DNA of 34,245 bases. Origin: Bacteroidia bacterium. GTDB taxonomy: Bacteria; Bacteroidota; Bacteroidia; UBA4408. Position numbers and translations under genes: made by a program. Positions 27,146 through 34,245 of the stretch are shown in pieces (the first letter of the stretch is position 1; every line of letters begins with the position of its first letter). The notes beneath the pieces were generated by a model. It was not told where the DNA came from and did no database searches. It saw only the letters and a list, made by a program, of their open reading frames with translations. Location of the stretch: positions 1 to 34,245 of the forward strand of contig JBEBIC010000003.1 of the NCBI GenBank assembly GCA_040080595.1, given 5' to 3'.

Positions 27146-30100
27146 TTAACGCAGCATGGTAATAGTACCTGTTTTACGTACTCTACTACCTTTGTTAGTA
27201 AGTACATCAAGTGCGTATATATACACATCTTGCGGAGCATCTACGCCGTTTTTATCACCTTTCCAACCTTGTTGTGTTTCCGAGCCATCATATACAAGCA
27301 AGCCCCAACGGTCAAACACTTTTAATTCGTAACTTTTTACACCCCATACTATTGGTTTAAACAAATCGTTGAGGTTGTTGCCATCAACAGTAAATGCGTT
27401 AGGTACATATATACCATAATCAGTATTTACATTTACAAGTACGGTGTCTTTTTGTATGCAACCATTCAAATCTACATACGTTACTATAAAACGAGTAGTT
27501 TCTTTGGGTTTTACGTTGTTTTGCATACAGGTTATGCACGGTATTTCGGTACTTGGTGTCCAAGTATATGTTCCTGTTGTTGCGCCTTGTACTACTATTT
27601 GTGTTGATTCGCCTATCAGTATGGTGGTGTCGCCGTAGGCTTGTATTGGGCTTGTGGCAAGTATGGTTACTTGTACGTTTGCAGTATCTACACAACCATT
27701 AAGCTCTACCAATACATTGTATGTAGTAGTGCTTTGAGGCGAAGCTACTGGATTAAATATGGTACTGTCCGATAATCCTAACTTAGGACTCCATGTGTAT
27801 TTTTGCCCACCAGCAGCGCTCAATTTTATTTTTTTACCCTCGCATATTGCTACATTTTTTCCAGCATCGGCAAGTGGTTTAGGCTTAGTGGTTATGGTTA
27901 TACTATCTTTTTTAACACATGATGTTGCTGGGTCGCTTGCTACTACGGTATAAGTAATTTTTACTACTGGTGTAGCAGTTACTGTTGCGCCTGTAGTTGT
28001 TGATAAACCTGTAGCAGGACTCCATGTATAAACATTAGTAAGCGCACCTGTTGCGGTTAATACTGCGCTCGAATCTTCGCATATTAATGTTTGTGCTGAT
28101 GCTAATGCAAATGTAGGTGTAGCGTTTACGGTTAGTGTTAATACAGCGGTATCGGGACATTGATTAATATCTAAACCTGCAATCATATAATTAGTAGTTG
28201 CCGCAGGACTTAGATAAAAACTCGAACCCGCAATAGGCGTTATGTTGTTAGGGAATGTACTTACCAAATCATAACCATACTGCGAACCTCCGCTCATGGT
28301 TATAAGTATAGAGTCGCCGTTGCATATAGCCGCCGCATTAGGCGTAAGTGCTATAATAGGATTGGGCAATACATTTAATGTAATAACCTGTGTAACCTTA
28401 CAAGCTAGCGTAGTGTTGTAACCATCTACCGTAATAGTAGTATTTACAAGTGGTTGCACCAATACCGAATTGGTACTTAACAACGTTACTATGGCAGGAT
28501 TTGTTTGCCAATTATAATTACTTGTACCGTTAGCTACAAGTATAGCAGTATCGCCCTTGCACAATGTTTTGGTTATATAATTGGTAGTAATGGTGGGTAA
28601 ACCTCCTACAGGTACGTGTATGTATTTGGTTTTACGGCAACCGTTAGCGGTTACGGTAAGTAAATATCCTCCATCGGTAACATTATTTAATACACTTGTG
28701 GTATTAGGTATTACCGCATTGGTAGTACTGTCTGCCCAAGCAAACGATATACCGCTTGCACCGCCAATGAGTATGTTTATAGCACCGTTGGGAGGTACTG
28801 AACCACAGGTATAAGGCGTAACTTGTGGCAAAATAGTAAATGGTGTACCGCTTACGGTTATAAATGTAGAATCTCTTAACACACAGCCGTTAGCGTTGGT
28901 GTACGTACAATAGTATTTTGTAGGTACTATTGGTTTTACGTTTACAAGCATTTGTCCTGTTGCGCTAAATCCTGCTGGGCTACTTGTCCAGTTGGCAGGG
29001 AAATTACTTGTAAGGTCAATAGAATCACCTATACATATACCAGGGAATTTTGGGGTAAGCACTAAGGCTTGTCCGTTTACAGTAACGGTTATACTATCTT
29101 TAGTTATAACACCACCGCAACCTGGGGTTTCTACGTAGTATTTGGTGGTTTTGGTGGGACTTACTACCTCATCGTTTGTTATGCCAATAGTTGTGCCTGT
29201 AGCAGAGTCTTTCCAAGTGTACGACGCACCACCACTTGCTTTTAAGTGAAACGTATCGCCAGGACAAATAATCTTATCGGCTCTTACGCTTAGTGTATTT
29301 GTGTTGGGTAGTACTGTTATAGTTTGTGTTTTAATGTTGTTGCATGCTACTCCACCACCGCCAAACAAGCCGCCAAACAAACCTGTTATTTCGCCCTTAC
29401 CTTGCATAGATACCGTGTAAGTTCCTGCTGTTGCATACGTATGTGTTTGATTGCCTGGACGACCAGATGCTGCAGGTGAACCATCTCCAAAATTCCATAC
29501 AAAATCAAATTCACTATCTGTATATTGTCCTGCTTGGCAGGTAGTTAAAAAGCCACAACTCGAACCTATATTAGTACAAAAACTAGGGCTTAATCCACCA
29601 CACAAACCTGGCAATAACGATGTATTAGTAAAATTTATTGCTTGCCCAGCACATATACTTGTTGGCGCAAATGTAAAGTCGGACTCTACACCTGGCAATA
29701 CCTGCACTGTTTTAGTACCTGTAGCCGCAGGGCACGAGCCGTTTTGTACCGTTACCGAATAAGTAATAGTGCCTACTGCTGTGGTAGGAACACTTATAGA
29801 TTGTGTTGTGCCAATAACCGTTCCGCTTGGATTAGTCCAGCTATACCCTGTTCCTGCTGATGCCGTAATTACCGCTAATGCCCCTTTACAAGCAGTATCA
29901 GTACCTGTAATAACTACCGCACTTGCAGCTGGAGCTACGTTATTTATTAATATTGTACCTGTTGGAGTTGCGTTGCCACACAAGTCGGTAAGAGTGTTTC
30001 CATCAGTTCCTGCTTGTACATCAATACTCCAAGGCCCGCCACCCGTAAGTGGTGGTGTGGTAGTAAGTTGTACTTTTAGTGATGATGTTCCACAATCCAA

Positions 30101-31024
30101 TCCTACGGCACTATTTATAACATAAGGGCCTCCTGTACCTGTAAGTATAAAGTCGCTACCATCAGCAGCAATTGTTGTACATTTTATAGGCTCTTGAAAA
30201 GTTAAATCTACAATATTACTTCCGCAAGGAGATGTTGCCGTAGCGTGTAATGGTGGATTATTATCAAAAATATTGGCTGTACCTCCACTAAAATCTAAAG
30301 TGTAGCCTGTAGCCGTAGAACTGTAATTACTTACTATTAATACAAATGTGTGGTTAGCCACTACGTTCAATGGGTTAGAAAATGGCGAACCGCCAGATCC
30401 CTCGCTGTTATTAGAACCCGCAGAAGATAAGCCCGTGTTGCCCGCCGTTGCCGAAAAATTGCAACGTACAGGAGTAGTAGCACCACTTGCAATATCAGCA
30501 CAACTACCGCCTGTAATATCATACAACGCCCAGTCATAATCCACGCTTGAGTTTATAGTCATGTTTAAACTACCTGCGGTTTGCGAGGTAAATGTGTACC
30601 ACACACTGTTTTTTTCTTGCGAACCCAAACAACTAGAGTTACCTGGTATTTCTTGCGACGTACCCTCGCCCGAATACGATGTGTTTTGCGCATAATTATT
30701 TTGGCACACAGGTATTGCGCTATTACATTGTTGCTCAGGGTAAGTTACCAAAAGCGCTTTACTGTTAAAAGTAGCTGCGTTACTTGCTACAAATTTGGTA
30801 ATATCAAAACCATAAAAAGTGGATAAACTTTTCTCAAACAAACGACTTTCATACGTTGGGTCTATGGCGTTTTTTGCCTGCAATTGCGCAGGTGTTACGC
30901 CTATAAACGTATGATAGTTGTTGTATTTATCAAGCGTAGCTTTTACACTATCTTTATAAAATGTTTGTGCGTAAGTACTTAATGATATAATAAAACTTGC
31001 AATGAATAGTAACGGTTTTTTCAT
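27146..31024 (-). CDS. Large multi-Ig/PKD surface protein with gliding-motility-associated (T9SS type B) CTD
   Basis: Signal peptide MKKPLL...TYA|Q (start likely 31024); E.NSVWY.F...DYDWALY domain; many IC.G....L.A.G...Y.W.P repeats; YVPNAFT.DG...ND.F...FDRWG..V...W.G CTD. Confidence 0.92.
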   Translation of the reverse strand: MKKPLLFIASFIISLSTYAQTFYKDSVKATLDKYNNYHTFIGVTPAQLQAKNAIDPTYESRLFEKSLSTFYGFDITKFVASNAATFNSKALLVTYPEQQCNSAIPVCQNNYAQNTSYSGEGTSQEIPGNSSCLGSQEKNSVWYTFTSQTAGSLNMTINSSVDYDWALYDITGGSCADIASGATTPVRCNFSATAGNTGLSSAGSNNSEGSGGSPFSNPLNVVANHTFVLIVSNYSSTATGYTLDFSGGTANIFDNNPPLHATATSPCGSNIVDLTFQEPIKCTTIAADGSDFILTGTGGPYVINSAVGLDCGTSSLKVQLTTTPPLTGGGPWSIDVQAGTDGNTLTDLCGNATPTGTILINNVAPAASAVVITGTDTACKGALAVITASAGTGYSWTNPSGTVIGTTQSISVPTTAVGTITYSVTVQNGSCPAATGTKTVQVLPGVESDFTFAPTSICAGQAINFTNTSLLPGLCGGLSPSFCTNIGSSCGFLTTCQAGQYTDSEFDFVWNFGDGSPAASGRPGNQTHTYATAGTYTVSMQGKGEITGLFGGLFGGGGVACNNIKTQTITVLPNTNTLSVRADKIICPGDTFHLKASGGASYTWKDSATGTTIGITNDEVVSPTKTTKYYVETPGCGGVITKDSITVTVNGQALVLTPKFPGICIGDSIDLTSNFPANWTSSPAGFSATGQMLVNVKPIVPTKYYCTYTNANGCVLRDSTFITVSGTPFTILPQVTPYTCGSVPPNGAINILIGGASGISFAWADSTTNAVIPNTTSVLNNVTDGGYLLTVTANGCRKTKYIHVPVGGLPTITTNYITKTLCKGDTAILVANGTSNYNWQTNPAIVTLLSTNSVLVQPLVNTTITVDGYNTTLACKVTQVITLNVLPNPIIALTPNAAAICNGDSILITMSGGSQYGYDLVSTFPNNITPIAGSSFYLSPAATTNYMIAGLDINQCPDTAVLTLTVNATPTFALASAQTLICEDSSAVLTATGALTNVYTWSPATGLSTTTGATVTATPVVKITYTVVASDPATSCVKKDSITITTKPKPLADAGKNVAICEGKKIKLSAAGGQKYTWSPKLGLSDSTIFNPVASPQSTTTYNVLVELNGCVDTANVQVTILATSPIQAYGDTTILIGESTQIVVQGATTGTYTWTPSTEIPCITCMQNNVKPKETTRFIVTYVDLNGCIQKDTVLVNVNTDYGIYVPNAFTVDGNNLNDLFKPIVWGVKSYELKVFDRWGLLVYDGSETQQGWKGDKNGVDAPQDVYIYALDVLTNKGSRVRKTGTITMLR

Positions 31025-31070
31025 GTAGTTGATAGAATTTATTTTTAACACGTAAATATAGTAAAAAAAA

Positions 31071-33692
31071 CTATAAGCTCAACAATTCCTCTTCTAGCTG
31101 TTTTATTTTGTTTTCTGCATCGGTTCGTTTTTTGTTTTCGTTGGCTATGAGTTCGGGTTTTGCATTGGCTACAAATTTTTCGTTAGATAGTTTTATCATC
31201 ACACTACTTAGGAAGCCTTTGTTGTATTCCAGTTCCTTAGTTAGTTTCTCACGCTCGGCTAATACGTCTATGTTGCCTGTTAATGGTACATAAAACGATA
31301 TTCCGTTAAGCGCTATAGCTATAGCTCCGTTAGGTTTTTCGGTAGCGTTAGTTATAACATCTATGTTGGCTAATTTAATAACAACATCTTGCAATACGTT
31401 GGTAGTTGCATTAAAGTCGTAAGTAATGTTTAGCTTTTCCTTTGGCGAAATACCTTTGCTATTGCGTACGTTGCGCAGCTCGCTTACTAAGTTTTGCGTA
31501 AACTCAAACTGTGCTAATTGTGCAGTGTTTACCGCATTAGCCACAGGCCAAGGGCTTATAAGTATAGCTTCGTTTACGCTACGTTCTTTTATTATATGCC
31601 ATAATTCTTCAGTAACAAATGGCATAAACGGATGCATTAGTTTTAATAATTTTTCAAAATAAACTATAGCCGTAGTATAAGTAGTAGCATCTACTGAGGC
31701 CGCTTCGCCGTTGATGTAGGCAGGTTTTACCATTTCCAAATACCAAGCACAAAAATCGTCCCACACCAGTTTGTAAGTTGCCATAGCAGCATCGCTCATA
31801 CGTAGCTTATCGTAGTGGTCGTTTATTATAGTAAGTTGTTGGTTAAACTTACTATCAAACCATTCGTTAGCAATAGTATTAACGGTAGGTGTAGCAAGGC
31901 TTGTGTCCACTTTCCATTGTTGTATAAGGCGGTAAGCGTTCCATACTTTATTGGTAAAGTTGCGCCCTTGTTCGCAGTAGCTATCATCATACAATAAATC
32001 GTTACCAGCGGGCGAACACATTAATAATCCCATACGCACACCATCAGCGCCAAATTGTGTTATAAGGTCTAATGGGTCGGGGCTATTACCTAAGGACTTA
32101 CTCATTTTACGCCCTTGCTTATCACGCACAATACCTGTTAAATAAACACGTTTAAATGGCATTTCGCCTTTGTATTCGTAGCCTGCCATAACCATACGTG
32201 CTACCCAAAAAAACAATATTTCGGGAGCGGTTACTAAATCGTTGGTTGGGTAATAATAATTAATATCAGCACCTTCAGGATTTTTAAAACCATCAAACAC
32301 GCTTATAGGCCACAACCACGAGCTAAACCAAGTGTCTAGCACATCTTCGTCTTGGTGTATATTTACGATAGATTGATTTTTAGCTGTAAATAATTTTTCG
32401 GCTTCAGCTACCGTGTTACATACCACGGTATCGCCGTCGGCATTGTACCAAGCGGGTATGCGTTGCCCCCACCACAACTGGCGACTAATGCACCAATCGT
32501 GTACGTTTTCCATCCAGTGGCGATAGGTGTTTTTAAACTTATCAGGAAACAACTGTATGTTGTCGTTCATTACATTTTCCAAAGCAGGCGTTGCCAAGTT
32601 TTCCATTTTAAGAAACCATTGCATAGACAGCTTTGGCTCTATAACGGCGTTAGTGCGCTCGCTGTAGCCTACTTTGTTTTTGGTGTTTTCTATTTTAACC
32701 ACCAACTCTTTTTCGGTTAAATCTTTTATAATTTGCTTACGACACGCAAAACGGTCTAAGCCCACGTAAAGCCCAGCGGCATCGCTTATTTTGCCCTCGT
32801 TGGTAAGTACATCTATCGTTTTTAACTTATGTTTTATACCTAAGTTATAATCGTTAATATCGTGTGCGGGCGTAACTTTAAGTACACCTGTTCCAAATTC
32901 TTTATCTACATACTCATCGGCTATTACAGTAATGGTGCGGTTTACCAATGGTATAGTTACTTGCTTGCCTATAAATGCTTGGTAACGCTCGTCAGTAGGG
33001 TTTACGCACAACGCAGTATCGCCCATTATGGTTTCGGGGCGAGTGGTAGCCACAGTTAAAAATTCGGTAGTAGAACCTTGCAAATAATATTTAATATACA
33101 CCAATTGCGAATCGGCTTCTTTGTGTATTACTTCCTCGTCCGATAATGCTGTTAAACCCTGTGGATCCCAGTTTACCATACGCACACCACGGTAAATATG
33201 CCCTTTGTTGTACATATCAATAAACACATCTATTACGGCTTGGCTCATATCGTCTTCCATGGTAAAACGTGTACGATCCCAATCGCACGATGCGCCTAAG
33301 GTTTGTAATTGCGACAGTATAATTCCTCCGTATTTTTCTTTCCATTCCCACGCATATTTCAAAAATTCATCACGAGATAAATCGCTTTTGTTTATGCCTT
33401 TTTCTTTGAGCATAGCCACTACTTTGGCTTCGGTAGCAATACTTGCGTGGTCGGTACCTGGTACCCAGCAGGCGTTTTTGCCTTGCATACGAGCCTTGCG
33501 CACGAGTACATCTTGTATGGTATTGTTAAGCATGTGCCCCATGTGCAACACGCCCGTAACATTGGGCGGAGGTATTACTATGGTGTAAGGCTCACGTTCA
33601 TCGGGTGTAGATTTAAAGTACTTGTTAGTAAGCCAGTATTGGTACCAACGGTTTTCGGCAGTAGCCCAGTCAAAGTTTTTAGGTAGTTCCAT
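31071..33692 (-). CDS. valS: Valine--tRNA ligase
   Basis: PPPNVTG.LHMGH, GTDHA.IAT, DWCISRQLWWG, KMSKS, C-terminal coiled coil. Confidence 0.98.
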   Translation of the reverse strand: MELPKNFDWATAENRWYQYWLTNKYFKSTPDEREPYTIVIPPPNVTGVLHMGHMLNNTIQDVLVRKARMQGKNACWVPGTDHASIATEAKVVAMLKEKGINKSDLSRDEFLKYAWEWKEKYGGIILSQLQTLGASCDWDRTRFTMEDDMSQAVIDVFIDMYNKGHIYRGVRMVNWDPQGLTALSDEEVIHKEADSQLVYIKYYLQGSTTEFLTVATTRPETIMGDTALCVNPTDERYQAFIGKQVTIPLVNRTITVIADEYVDKEFGTGVLKVTPAHDINDYNLGIKHKLKTIDVLTNEGKISDAAGLYVGLDRFACRKQIIKDLTEKELVVKIENTKNKVGYSERTNAVIEPKLSMQWFLKMENLATPALENVMNDNIQLFPDKFKNTYRHWMENVHDWCISRQLWWGQRIPAWYNADGDTVVCNTVAEAEKLFTAKNQSIVNIHQDEDVLDTWFSSWLWPISVFDGFKNPEGADINYYYPTNDLVTAPEILFFWVARMVMAGYEYKGEMPFKRVYLTGIVRDKQGRKMSKSLGNSPDPLDLITQFGADGVRMGLLMCSPAGNDLLYDDSYCEQGRNFTNKVWNAYRLIQQWKVDTSLATPTVNTIANEWFDSKFNQQLTIINDHYDKLRMSDAAMATYKLVWDDFCAWYLEMVKPAYINGEAASVDATTYTTAIVYFEKLLKLMHPFMPFVTEELWHIIKERSVNEAILISPWPVANAVNTAQLAQFEFTQNLVSELRNVRNSKGISPKEKLNITYDFNATTNVLQDVVIKLANIDVITNATEKPNGAIAIALNGISFYVPLTGNIDVLAEREKLTKELEYNKGFLSSVMIKLSNEKFVANAKPELIANENKKRTDAENKIKQLEEELLSL

Positions 33693-33735
33693 TTGTAGGT
33701 GTTGTGGAAGATTATAATGTTAGATTGAGTATAAA

Positions 33736-34191
33736 TTATTTTTCTTTTCTATTTAATTCTTGTAACTCTTCTATTATGACGAAAACACTATTACCAGTGT
33801 CGTATAATATGTCTATTGAATATATTAAAACAAAAGTTAAAATTAAATTTGAGCATTCGGTTTTATGGCTAAATAAAATTATCCTACTATCTTGCATTAC
33901 AAGAGTCAAAACTGTTAGAATAATTAAAACAACTTGCTCTAAAAGTGAACGTTTCATTTGTTCAATTGTATTACTAAAATTAAAGTTTGGATGAATAGAA
34001 ATAACATCTTGTATTTTTGAGGCAATAAGACCTAAAGTTGCTGTATTAATAGCAAGTAATGTTAGTAGGAGACTAATTAAATTATCTTTTAAATAATCAA
34101 ACAAGAAATTGCTTTTCAAATACACACAGCCAATTACAACAATAGCAGAGATTACTATAAACAAAGAAATGGTTTTTAACATCTCTTTCAT
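33736..34191 (-). CDS. Hypothetical integral membrane protein (about 4 TM), low GC
   Basis: Four hydrophobic segments; visibly more AT-rich than valS; start overlaps the upstream stop (TAATG). Confidence 0.75.
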   Translation of the reverse strand: MKEMLKTISLFIVISAIVVIGCVYLKSNFLFDYLKDNLISLLLTLLAINTATLGLIASKIQDVISIHPNFNFSNTIEQMKRSLLEQVVLIILTVLTLVMQDSRIILFSHKTECSNLILTFVLIYSIDILYDTGNSVFVIIEELQELNRKEK

Positions 34192-34244
34192 TATTCAACT
34201 ATATTTTTATATAATTTAAAAACTTGTTCAGCATTCCCTTCTAT
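34191..34244 (-). CDS. 3' end of an upstream gene (partial, runs off the right edge)
   Basis: Minus strand is open from the window edge: IEGNAEQVFKLYKNIVE*; its TAA overlaps the next ATG. Confidence 0.55.
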   Translation of the reverse strand: MEGNAEQVFKLYKNIVE

Positions 34245-34245
34245 G

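Noticed and set aside
104-33994. Remaining short ORFs (60-161 aa) in the track that overlap larger genes
   Set aside because: Antisense or alternate-frame shadows of well-supported CDSs, without motifs.

Overview
AT-rich chromosomal segment of a Bacteroidota bacterium, judged from the T9SS type A and type B sorting domains, TAnnTTTG promoters and futalosine-pathway MqnA. Housekeeping genes: rhomboid protease, AddA/UvrD helicase-nuclease, ComA-like phosphosulfolactate synthase with a rhodanese, purB, mqnA, a TPR protein, a divergent arginine decarboxylase/arginase pair, ftcD, a CoA Nudix hydrolase and valS. Seven T9SS cargo genes are interspersed: a partial CTD at the left edge, an unknown 306 aa protein, a Kelch propeller, an M43 protease, an SBBP/SprB protein, a DUF285/BspA repeat protein and a 1.3 kaa type B-CTD adhesin. 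I saw no rRNA, tRNA, CRISPR array, transposase, integrase or reverse transcriptase. Most notable signals: (1) a composite scar at 20491-20606 that joins a 94%-identical copy of the 5' end of the 23984 gene to an orphan T9SS 3' end (NKVIKE*), suggesting gain and loss of cargo genes in a tandem array; (2) a PKD domain in the big adhesin with a 4-Cys insert and a GLFGGLFGGGG insert in its predicted BC and FG (CDR1/CDR3-equivalent) loops; (3) a DUF285 solenoid with a recent repeat duplication and variable positions; (4) comA next to a rhodanese; (5) a low-GC, translationally coupled gene pair at the right edge; (6) strong GATC avoidance. All counts and alignments were done by eye.
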